DNA of 63,215 bases from Bacteroidota bacterium. GTDB lineage: Bacteria; Bacteroidota; Bacteroidia; Bacteroidales; VadinHA17. Of the stretch, positions 55,408 to 63,215 are shown one piece after another; position 1 is the stretch's first letter, and each line of letters starts with the position of its first letter. The stretch is taken from contig JAUZNW010000001.1 of assembly GCA_030706785.1 (NCBI GenBank), forward strand, positions 1 to 63,215, written 5' to 3'. The notes under the pieces are model-generated. The model did no database searches and was not told the origin of the DNA. It was given only the letters and a program-made list of their open reading frames with translations. Position numbers and translations under genes: made by a program.

Positions 55408-56391
55408 TTACAAATTTGCCCGGTACCACTCTATTGCTTCTTCCATTCCTTCCTGCGCTGAATGAGTCGGATTGTACCCGAGCAATCTTTTTGCCTTTTC
55501 AATTGAAGCCAGGGAATGCGGTATGTCACCGGAACGGTTCGGTCCGTGAACAGGCTTTATCCCAAGTACTTCCCTGTCATATTTCCCGATAAGCACCTTG
55601 ATCATTTCAAACAGGTCGTTCAGGCTTGTCCGGTCACCATATGCTACATTATATACCTGATTGATTGCTTCAGCATTAGTTACAAGAGCAGCAAGGTGAT
55701 TCGCCTGCAGGACATTGTCGATATATGTAAAATCTCTTGAATACGAGCCATCACCGTTAATAGTGGGAGCATCATGGCTCATCAGCTTTCTGACGAAGAG
55801 GGGTATGACGGCAGCATATGCCCCCATGGGATCCTGGCGACGTCCGAAAACATTGAAATAACGAAGTCCTATTGTTTCAATATTATAGGTGTCAGAAAAA
55901 TTCTCTGCAAAAAGCTCATTGGTATATTTTGTGATTCCATACGGCGACATCGGCTTACCAATCTTTTCCTCAATTTTAGGAAGTCCCGGATGATCTCCAT
56001 ATGTTGATGAGCTGGCAGCATATATGAACCTTTTTACACTGGCCTGCTTTGATGCAAAGAGCATTTTTACAAATCCACCGATGTTAACATCTGTTGAAGT
56101 CACAGGATCCTTTATTGATCTCGGGACTGATCCCAGGGCAGCCTGGTGGAAGACATAATCAATTCCTTTTACTGCAATCTCACAGTCCTGATAATTTCTT
56201 ATATCTCCTTCTATCAGTTCAAACTCCGGATCCTGAAGGAAAGTTGTGAGATTCTCCCTTTTACCGGTTGCAAAATTATCAAGGCATACAACATGGTTTC
56301 CAGAACCGAGCATGGATTCGACAAGGTTGGAGCCGATGAATCCTGCCCCTCCTGTAACCAATACCCTGCAGCCGCTTAATTTCCGATACAT
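55408..56391 (-). CDS. NAD-dependent sugar-nucleotide 4-epimerase (WbpP/TviC-like SDR)
   Basis: 327 aa. Rossmann motif VTGGAGFIGSNL and catalytic SPYGITKY (YxxxK). Confidence 0.85.
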   Translation of the reverse strand: MYRKLSGCRVLVTGGAGFIGSNLVESMLGSGNHVVCLDNFATGKRENLTTFLQDPEFELIEGDIRNYQDCEIAVKGIDYVFHQAALGSVPRSIKDPVTSTDVNIGGFVKMLFASKQASVKRFIYAASSSTYGDHPGLPKIEEKIGKPMSPYGITKYTNELFAENFSDTYNIETIGLRYFNVFGRRQDPMGAYAAVIPLFVRKLMSHDAPTINGDGSYSRDFTYIDNVLQANHLAALVTNAEAINQVYNVAYGDRTSLNDLFEMIKVLIGKYDREVLGIKPVHGPNRSGDIPHSLASIEKAKRLLGYNPTHSAQEGMEEAIEWYRANL

Positions 56392-56448
56392 TTGTATTCT
56401 ATTGTAAGTAACTATTCAGGCCAGTTTTGTTTATCAGATCTTGTTCAG

Positions 56449-57609
56449 CTATTTCCCGATAAATAAAAGTATCTCCTTCAATATAAATTCAGCAGTTTTA
56501 CCATCACCATAATAGCCGGGATATTGCAAGTCGATTCCCGGATTCATAAATCCTGCAAATTCATTCCGGATCTGCCCGGGATTTGCGTCAGCAAGCTTCA
56601 CAGTACCGTTTGCCACAAGTTCGATCCATTCCGTTTCTTTGCGGAGAACGATGCATGGTTTTCTGAAAAAATGGGATTCTTTCTGAACACCTCCTGAGTC
56701 TGTCAGAATCATCCTGCATGTCTTTTCAAGGAGCGTCATTTCGAGATATGAAACCGGCGGTATAATCCGCAGATATTTACAATTCTTAAGTTCATCGAAC
56801 AGGCATCCGAGGTTTGTTTTAAGTGAATTCATCGTGCGCGGATGGCATGGCATAATGAATGGAAGCGTATATTCCTCCGAAAGTCCTCTTAAGCAGGTCA
56901 TTATGGCTTCAAGGCGGTTCCTGTCATCAGTGTTGATGTCCCTGTGTATCGTAATTAGGATGAATTGGTCTCTATCAAGCGACATATCCTTGATAAGGTC
57001 TGCTTTTTTCCTTTCGGCAAGTTCAGCGAAGAACAGGGAATTGTCGTACATTATATCACCTGTAAGATAGATCTTTGGATTATCAATTGAATATGGGGGA
57101 CTGTTTTCCGGCCGGAATCCCTCATTCATAAGGTTCTTGAAAGCTGCATTGGTCGGTGCAAAAAGGAGCGTCGAGGCGTGGTCGCTCATTATCCTGTTGA
57201 GCTCTTCCGGCATTGTTTTATTGAATGACCTCAATCCTGCTTCAACATGGACGACCGGGAAATGAAGCTTGGATGCAGCGATTGCCCCTGCAAGTGTCGA
57301 GTTTGTGTCACCGTAAAGCATCACACAATCAGGCTTTTCGGCAAGAAGCACATCCTCAATGCCGGTTATCATCATCGATGTCTGGCGCCCATGATGCGCC
57401 GAACCTACGCTAAGATTGAAATCAGGCTTAGGTATTTCAAGCTCGTCAAAGAAAACCTCCGAAAGCTCCTTGTCATAGTGCTGACCGGTGTGCAGTGTAA
57501 TCTCATTTATCTCCTGGGAGTAATTGTGGGCAATTGCCCGGCTTATGGCTGAGGACTTTATAATCTGGGGCCTTGCACCAACTATATTCAGCAGCTTGAT
57601 CTTTGACAT
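56449..57609 (-). CDS. wecB: UDP-N-acetylglucosamine 2-epimerase (non-hydrolysing)
   Basis: 386 aa. It has IVGARPQIIKSSAI, YGDTNSTLAGAIAA, HVEAGLRS and TDSGGVQKE. Confidence 0.9.
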   Translation of the reverse strand: MSKIKLLNIVGARPQIIKSSAISRAIAHNYSQEINEITLHTGQHYDKELSEVFFDELEIPKPDFNLSVGSAHHGRQTSMMITGIEDVLLAEKPDCVMLYGDTNSTLAGAIAASKLHFPVVHVEAGLRSFNKTMPEELNRIMSDHASTLLFAPTNAAFKNLMNEGFRPENSPPYSIDNPKIYLTGDIMYDNSLFFAELAERKKADLIKDMSLDRDQFILITIHRDINTDDRNRLEAIMTCLRGLSEEYTLPFIMPCHPRTMNSLKTNLGCLFDELKNCKYLRIIPPVSYLEMTLLEKTCRMILTDSGGVQKESHFFRKPCIVLRKETEWIELVANGTVKLADANPGQIRNEFAGFMNPGIDLQYPGYYGDGKTAEFILKEILLFIGK

Positions 57610-57665
57610 TATTTATTCAGGGAAAGAGGTTTTTGTTAAAGTTACGGATTTTTCAGAGTCTTATT

Positions 57666-57702
57666 AATAAAAATGGGCATCACAAGTATAACGTAATGCC
57701 CA
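57666..57702 (-). terminator. Candidate rho-independent terminator downstream of rny
   Basis: The minus-strand read is TGGGCAT-N15-ATGCCCA followed by UUUUU. The stem is 7 bp and the loop is rather large. Confidence 0.5.
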
Positions 57703-57721
57703 CCATTAAATTATATTTCAA

Positions 57722-59284
57722 CTATTTAGCATAATTTACCGCTCGTGTCTCACGGATTACAGTAATTTTTATCTGGCCGGGATAAGTCATCTCATTCTGT
57801 ATCTTCCTCGCGATCTCGAATGAAAGGTTTTCAGCTTCCTTATCCGTAACCTTCTCCGCTCCCACTATTACCCGAAGCTCTCTTCCGGCCTGTATCGCAT
57901 ATGTCTTCATCACTCCCGGGTACTGAAGTGCCAATGATTCAAGCTCCTTGAGCCTCTTTATGTACGACTCGACAACTTCACGCCGCGCACCAGGTCGTGC
58001 CCCTGAGATAGCATCGCAGACCTGGACTATCGGTGCGATGAGTGTTGTCATTTCTGTTTCGTCGTGATGCGCACCTATAGCGTTGCATATTTCCGGTTTC
58101 TCCTTGTATTTTTCAGCCACCTTCATGCCAAGAACAGCATGAGGAAGTTCCGGTTCATCATCGGGCACCTTCCCGATATCGTGAAGTAAACCTGCCCGTT
58201 TAGCCAGTTTCGGATTCAACCCCAGCTCGGCGGCCATAATTGCACTGAGGTTTGCAACCTCCCTTGAATGCATCAGGAGATTCTGCCCATACGAAGACCT
58301 GTATTTCATCTTACCGATCAACCTTACCAGCTCGGGATGTAAACCATGAATTCCCAGGTCAATTGCTGTCCTTTTTCCCACTTCAAGTATTTCGTCCTCA
58401 ACCTGCTTCCGGGTTTTTTCAACAATTTCCTCGATCCTTGCAGGATGTATCCTTCCGTCAGTCACGAGTTGGTGAAGGGCAAGCCTTGCGATCTCTCTTC
58501 TCACCGGATCGAATGCCGAAAGAACAATAGCTTCCGGAGTATCATCAACAATAATTTCAACTCCTGTGGCAGCCTCGAGAGCACGTATATTCCTTCCCTC
58601 ACGGCCGATTATACGTCCTTTTATTTCGTCCGACTCAATGTGGAACACCGTTACTGCATTTTCTATAGCGACCTCAGCGGCCACTCTCTGGATCGTCTGA
58701 AGGACAATCCTCCTGGCTTCCTTATTAGCCGTCATTTTAGCTTCATCGAGGATCTCATTAATATAAGACATCGCACCTGTCTTTGCCTCCTCTTTCAGCG
58801 ATTCAATAAGATGGTTTTTAGCTTCTTCTGCTGAAAATCCCGAAATAGCTTCAAGCTGATCAACCTGCTGCCTGTGCAGCCTGGCGAGCTCCTCATTTTT
58901 TTTCTCTACAAGCTCAAGCTGTGAAGTCAAATTCTCCCTGATGGCTTCTGTCTCATTTTTCTTTCTTTGTGACTCTTCAATTTTCTGCGATAATGTGAGC
59001 TCTTTTTGCTTTAACCTGCTTTCTGAAAGGGCGATTTTATTGTTCCTGTCATTAATGACCTTTTCATGTTCAGCCTTCAGCTGTAAAAATCTCTCTTTTG
59101 CCTGGAGGATCTTTTCTTTTTTTATCACCTCCGCTTCAGTTTCCGCTTCCGTAATTATCTTCCGGCTCTTATTCTTCAGTGCTTTCTGCCACACAAGGTA
59201 GGAAGCACCAAAACCCAGGATAAGGGCCGAAACGCACAGGACTATTGCCAGTCCGTTAAATACACCATTAATAAGTAGTATCAT
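57722..59284 (-). CDS. rny: Ribonuclease Y
   Basis: 520 aa. It has an N-terminal TM anchor, a coiled coil, a KH domain ([15 protein letters not shown]) and an HD domain (LLHDIGK ... GAHH). Confidence 0.95.
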   Translation of the reverse strand: MILLINGVFNGLAIVLCVSALILGFGASYLVWQKALKNKSRKIITEAETEAEVIKKEKILQAKERFLQLKAEHEKVINDRNNKIALSESRLKQKELTLSQKIEESQRKKNETEAIRENLTSQLELVEKKNEELARLHRQQVDQLEAISGFSAEEAKNHLIESLKEEAKTGAMSYINEILDEAKMTANKEARRIVLQTIQRVAAEVAIENAVTVFHIESDEIKGRIIGREGRNIRALEAATGVEIIVDDTPEAIVLSAFDPVRREIARLALHQLVTDGRIHPARIEEIVEKTRKQVEDEILEVGKRTAIDLGIHGLHPELVRLIGKMKYRSSYGQNLLMHSREVANLSAIMAAELGLNPKLAKRAGLLHDIGKVPDDEPELPHAVLGMKVAEKYKEKPEICNAIGAHHDETEMTTLIAPIVQVCDAISGARPGARREVVESYIKRLKELESLALQYPGVMKTYAIQAGRELRVIVGAEKVTDKEAENLSFEIARKIQNEMTYPGQIKITVIRETRAVNYAK

Positions 59285-59338
59285 CGTTTCCGTTATTTAA
59301 TAAAAAACCCGCAGAGTCTCCTCAGCTTTTATAAAACC

Positions 59339-59455
59339 CCATATCTACATGGCTGGAGCCGCTAACTCATCTCGAACGTCCACCGTCACGCCTGAGCGTG
59401 ATCCCGAATAATCGGGATGAGGCCTGTCCTACGTGAACTAAGCACTGCTCCAAAG
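59339..59455 (-). ncRNA. Candidate structured RNA or rny leader, class unknown, between zapA and rny
   Basis: It lies in a 246-nt non-coding gap. On the minus strand, GGAGCAG (59445-59451) can pair 6 of 7 with CGGCUCC (59355-59361). That closes a ~100-nt domain containing adjacent AUCCCGA-N4-UCGGGAU and UCACGC-N4-GCGUGA hairpins and a GUUCGAG motif. An extra hairpin CCAUGUAGAUAUGG lies at 59339-59352. The strand is assumed from flanking gene orientation. Confidence 0.35.
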
Positions 59456-59530
59456 TTTTAAGTGTTGAGTTTCAAAAATGAATGAAGAAACAATGCGGGC
59501 AATAAGTTTGCTATATTTTAAAGAACGCTG

Positions 59531-59824
59531 CTACTCTTTTTCTTCAAGAACTTTATTAATCCTTCCAATAAGTTCTTTAACAGTATCGGAAAACCGGTCA
59601 TCACTAAGCTTCTCCTCCTCTTCGTTCAACTTAATCACGTACTGCAGTGAAGCCATCGCGAGGAAATCCTGCACATCCTTATCTGAATAACGCTGCTTAT
59701 ACTGCAGCACCTTCTCATTGATCATCCTGGCAGCTTTCCTGATCTTTTCTTCGTTTTCCCTTTCTACCTTCAATGGATAATATCTGTCTGCTACATTAAC
59801 CCTGATGGATAACTTATCATCCAT
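59531..59824 (-). CDS. zapA: Cell division protein ZapA
   Basis: 97 aa. It has IRVNVADRYYPLKVERENEEKIRKAARMINEKVLQYKQRY, the typical ZapA N-domain followed by a coiled coil. Confidence 0.85.
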   Translation of the reverse strand: MDDKLSIRVNVADRYYPLKVERENEEKIRKAARMINEKVLQYKQRYSDKDVQDFLAMASLQYVIKLNEEEEKLSDDRFSDTVKELIGRINKVLEEKE

Positions 59825-59833
59825 TGTTATATC

Positions 59834-60127
59834 TTATCTGTTTAAAAGAGCAACACATCTGTCAATTTCCCGCACCAAATCAGTAATCTTCTTTCTTGCC
59901 TCAATGGCATTCTCTCCCCCACCTAACAGTGCTCCTGATAATTTAACTCTCTCGTATTTTGTTTCTAGTTCCCTTATTTTTTCATTTCGGTCCTGAAGGT
60001 CTTTTCTTAACACTTCATTCTCGTTCTTGAGCTCATTGATTTCTGTCCGCAGGTTCCCGTATTTATCTATCAATTCATCAATTTTCTTATTTAGGATCAA
60101 CAGCTCTGCATAACCCTGATCGGACAT
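59834..60127 (-). CDS. Small coiled-coil protein upstream of zapA (ZapB-like role possible)
   Basis: About 97 aa, almost entirely heptad-like and helical (ELLILNKKIDELIDKYGNLRTEINELKNENEVLRKDLQDRNEKIRELE). The ATG at 60127 is preferred over the TTG at 60133. Confidence 0.6.
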   Translation of the reverse strand: MSDQGYAELLILNKKIDELIDKYGNLRTEINELKNENEVLRKDLQDRNEKIRELETKYERVKLSGALLGGGENAIEARKKITDLVREIDRCVALLNR

Positions 60128-60251
60128 AACCAAACCTTTGCCGCAAAGTTAATATTGTTAATTATATTTTCAAAAAATTAGCCCAAATAGTTTGGCAGAA
60201 CACTATAGAAGGATAGCTTTGCGTTTCTAATAAACACAATTGTTCACTATA

Positions 60252-61985
60252 ATGATACTTCTTCGCATTTTACTTATCAGCGCATTATTTATCAACCAAA
60301 TAGATCTTGATCCAAAAGACAATAAAGACAATGCTGTATTTATTTCGCCCGTTAAAATGCCTCTATCACTTTCAGCGAGCTTTGGTGAATTAAGGATCGA
60401 TCACTTCCATTCGGGTCTTGATATAAGGACTCAGGGAGTAACCGGTAAAGAAGTGGTGGCCACAGCTGCTGGTTACGTGTACAGGATAAGCGTTTCACCC
60501 GGAGGTTTCGGTAAGGCACTTTACCTCCGCCATACTTCGGGATATGAAACTGTGTATGGCCATCTTGACCGGTTCATTCCCGAAATTGAAGATTATGTTG
60601 TCTCAGGACAGTACGAGAATAAAAGCTACATGGTGACACTCTGGCCGCCCAAAGATAAATTCATGTTCAACCAGGGCGATATAATAGCTTTTTCAGGCAA
60701 CACAGGCAGCTCATCGGGCCCGCATTTACACTATGAGATAAGAAAGGCAGATGAAGAGTTACCCGTCAATCCTCTCACGTTCGGATTTGGAGTAACTGAT
60801 GATTACCGGCCTGTAATTGAGAGGTTGATAATATATCCTGAAAGCAACAATACTCTTATCAATAACCATAATAAGATACTGAAATTCAATGTATCCGGAA
60901 ACAACGGCCACTATAGCCTGAATCCGGGTGCTGAAATCACTATCAGCGGATCGGCAGGATTTGGTTTACAGGCATACGATTTAGTCAATAACAGCAACAG
61001 CAAATGCTCAGTGTATTCGATCGAGCTCAGGGTTGACAGCCTGCCAGTTTTCAGTTACCTTATGGATGCGTTTTCGTTCAATGAATCCCGCTATATAAAC
61101 AGCCATATTGACTATGAAACTTATCTGAAAGAGGATGTTTATGTCGAACGGGCGTTTGTGCTTCCCAATGACAAATTATCACTTTATCATAATGTTAAGA
61201 ACAGGGGAATTGTTAGCTTCAACGATGATAAAAGACATCATATTGAGATCATAACCGCGGATGTAAGCAACAATAAATCAATCCTTTCCTTTTATGCCAG
61301 ATCTACAGTCCCTGTAAAGCAGGCAGTGGGAGACAAGACCAATAGCAATAATTCTGCAATAATGCCATTCAATCGCACTAACAGGTTAGTGTCGGGAAAT
61401 GTGATCGTAAGCATTCCATCGGGTGCGCTCTATGATACGCTGAGGTTTGAATTCTCACGTATTCCGTGCAAGAGTAACATGTGTTCAGATATTTACAATA
61501 TCCATAACAGGTATACTCCTGTGCATAAGCCATATACACTGTCGATAAAACCTGACAGTATCCCTTCCGGCAAAGAATCGAAACTGCTGATAATTCAGCT
61601 TTCTGAAGAAATGAAAAAAATTCCCCTTCCAAGCTGGTGGGCAAATGGTTACCTGAATGCAAATCCTTCTGTATTCGGTACATTTTTCGTCGGAATTGAT
61701 ACTGTTCCTCCACAGATATCTTTAAACGGATTTGCTCAGGGAGCCAATATGTCAGGCAGGACAGAGATAAGGATCAAGATCAATGACGATCTCTCAGGGA
61801 TAAAATCATATGATCCGCAAATTGACGGGAAATGGGCTCTGTTCGAGTATGATCAGAAGAATAACCTGCTTGTTTACCGGTTCGATGAAAAGCGAATCAT
61901 GAAAGGAATGAAACATGACTTTGTCCTTCATGTCACAGACAACTGTGGTAATGTCAGTAAAATAGACCGCCAGTTTATATGGTAA
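60252..61985 (+). CDS. M23-family metallopeptidase with a large C-terminal domain
   Basis: It has HSGLDI and GNTGSSSGPHLHYEIR (HxxxD / HxH zinc motifs). The N-terminal signal anchor begins at the ATG at 60252. The track start at 60240 is TTG. Confidence 0.85.
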   Translation: MILLRILLISALFINQIDLDPKDNKDNAVFISPVKMPLSLSASFGELRIDHFHSGLDIRTQGVTGKEVVATAAGYVYRISVSPGGFGKALYLRHTSGYETVYGHLDRFIPEIEDYVVSGQYENKSYMVTLWPPKDKFMFNQGDIIAFSGNTGSSSGPHLHYEIRKADEELPVNPLTFGFGVTDDYRPVIERLIIYPESNNTLINNHNKILKFNVSGNNGHYSLNPGAEITISGSAGFGLQAYDLVNNSNSKCSVYSIELRVDSLPVFSYLMDAFSFNESRYINSHIDYETYLKEDVYVERAFVLPNDKLSLYHNVKNRGIVSFNDDKRHHIEIITADVSNNKSILSFYARSTVPVKQAVGDKTNSNNSAIMPFNRTNRLVSGNVIVSIPSGALYDTLRFEFSRIPCKSNMCSDIYNIHNRYTPVHKPYTLSIKPDSIPSGKESKLLIIQLSEEMKKIPLPSWWANGYLNANPSVFGTFFVGIDTVPPQISLNGFAQGANMSGRTEIRIKINDDLSGIKSYDPQIDGKWALFEYDQKNNLLVYRFDEKRIMKGMKHDFVLHVTDNCGNVSKIDRQFIW

Positions 61986-61989
61986 CAGG

Positions 61990-62892
61990 TTATGAGTATA
62001 TCCGTGCAGGATAAATACCCTTGCGGATCATCTGCTTTAGACTTTCGACAACATACGGCTTATCTTCCCGGTAAGTAACGCCGAACCACCTTTCATTCGT
62101 CATCAGTATCTTGATGGTGATTTCACCTGTCTTTACAAACTTATCAACAGAGGTGGGTATATCCAGCTCGGACTTCGGGTCCATGCCACGTTCATTAATG
62201 AAGTTTGTGAATTCTTTTGCCAGAAAATCAAAGCAGGATGGCTTGAATCCCCACAGATTCATCGAGACAATCTCACTGCCCGTAAAATGAAGCTGTGTTC
62301 CGTCAGCTCCCGGCGCGACAGCGCCTGTTTTGGTTTTTTCTATCTGGCGTGTTTCGACTATTTTGCTCAGTAAGCCGTTATCTCCGGCCTGGCAAATGCC
62401 ACGATTGACATGACCATGTTCCGATAACGTATTCCCAAGCTTATAGCCGACTATGCAATAATTGTTAGGATCTTTGTCATTTACCAGGAAGTCCATAAGG
62501 ATATTAAAGGAATCAACGCCATAGTAATCATCAGCATTTATCACACCGAATGGTTCCTTTATCTTGTCCCTTGCAACCAGAATTGCATGACTTGTACCCC
62601 ATGGTTTTTGCCTTTCCGGAGATACCTTAATCCCGGCCGGAATATCGTGTAAGTCCTGGAACACATAGTCAACCTCCATCTTGCCCTGGAGTTTTTCAAC
62701 GAATCTCTCCTTTACCTGCTCTTCGATATCCCTTCTGATCACAAAAATGATCTTGCCGAAACCAGCACGGATTGAATCATATATTGAGTAATCAATTATT
62801 GTTTCACCTGAAGGACCCACTTCATCGAGCTGTTTGTTACCGCCATAGCGGGTTCCCATACCGGCAGCCAATACCAAGAGAGATGGTTTCAT
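61990..62892 (-). CDS. Sugar-phosphate nucleotidyltransferase family protein
   Basis: It has LVLAAGMGTRYGGNKQL (the G-x-G-T-R signature) and an NTP-transferase fold. The ATG at 62892 (MKPSLLVLAAG) is preferred. Confidence 0.8.
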   Translation of the reverse strand: MKPSLLVLAAGMGTRYGGNKQLDEVGPSGETIIDYSIYDSIRAGFGKIIFVIRRDIEEQVKERFVEKLQGKMEVDYVFQDLHDIPAGIKVSPERQKPWGTSHAILVARDKIKEPFGVINADDYYGVDSFNILMDFLVNDKDPNNYCIVGYKLGNTLSEHGHVNRGICQAGDNGLLSKIVETRQIEKTKTGAVAPGADGTQLHFTGSEIVSMNLWGFKPSCFDFLAKEFTNFINERGMDPKSELDIPTSVDKFVKTGEITIKILMTNERWFGVTYREDKPYVVESLKQMIRKGIYPARIYS

Positions 62893-62964
62893 AAGACAAG
62901 GTTTTTGTTTACACAATTATAAAGAAAATATTGTTACTTTTAGTTAACCGAATGAATTTTGTCC

Positions 62965-63215
62965 GTGGAGTGTAAGCTCGAGATATGCGTCGACAGCGTT
63001 GAATCCGCAATCAATGCACAGATTGCCGGAGCTGACCGTGTTGAGATGTGCGATAACCTCATGGAGGGAGGAACCACTCCAGGCTATGGTACTATATTAT
63101 CAGCCAGGAGTAATCTTGATATCGGTCTCCATGTCATTATAAGGCCAAGGGGCGGCGATTTTCTATATTCAGACCTTGAGTATGACATAATGAGAAGGGA
63201 TATAGATCTGTGCGG
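62965..63215 (+). CDS. cutC: Copper homeostasis protein CutC family, 5' partial (runs off the window)
   Basis: My own translation is (V)ECKLEICVDSVESAINAQIAGADRVEMCDNLMEGGTTPGYGTILSARSNLDIGLHVIIRPRGGDFLYSDLEYDIMRRDIDLC. It aligns with E. coli CutC (LEICCYS...GADRVELC...EGGLTPS...IIRPRGGDFCYSD). The start is GTG at 62965 or TTG at 62959. Confidence 0.75.
   Translation, partial: MECKLEICVDSVESAINAQIAGADRVEMCDNLMEGGTTPGYGTILSARSNLDIGLHVIIRPRGGDFLYSDLEYDIMRRDIDLC

Overview
This is a 63.2-kb chromosomal window that looks Bacteroidota-like. The signs are TAnnTTTG-type -7 promoter boxes, DUF4293 and DUF349 proteins, a long YidC, many lipoproteins with signal peptides, and a riboswitch-controlled BtuB-type locus. 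I cannot assign a genus from sequence alone.

Most of the window is housekeeping:
- tRNA-Arg(TCT)
- two tandem fused LeuC-LeuD-like dehydratases with an AraC regulator
- a BioG-like esterase
- a cobalamin riboswitch driving a TonB receptor, propeller lipoprotein and BtuFCD-like operon
- yidC, pyrG, queE, pyrBI, an RND efflux triad, wecB, rny and zapA
- a partial cutC at the right edge

The accessory region lies at about 26.9-36.4 kb, at the window centre. It combines:
- a C39-peptidase ABC exporter (PCAT) with a HlyD-type partner
- a small ECF-like sigma factor
- a 1050-aa TPR-CHAT caspase-like protease with an N-terminal signal peptide and a C-terminal membrane anchor
- an unannotated 45-codon double-glycine-leader peptide
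- a single-pass anti-sigma-like TPR protein
- a sensor-less histidine kinase

I interpret this as a candidate peptide-triggered signalling system that works by regulated proteolysis of an anti-sigma factor. It would be an envelope analogue of the Craspase-Csx30-RpoE logic, with no CRISPR components present.

The second theme is RNA-level oddities:
- A decayed tRNA-Arg-like copy sits just upstream of the real tRNA. Its D-loop and anticodon arm are occupied by GC-rich hairpin modules.
- The same hairpin stems (TCACGC/GCGTGA and ATCCCGA/TCGGGAT) recur in the B12 riboswitch variable region and in a candidate structured RNA between zapA and rny.
- Heptad G/T-rich tracts and an inverted-repeat element are also noted.

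All calls come from reading the sequence and ORF translations by eye. No searches were run.
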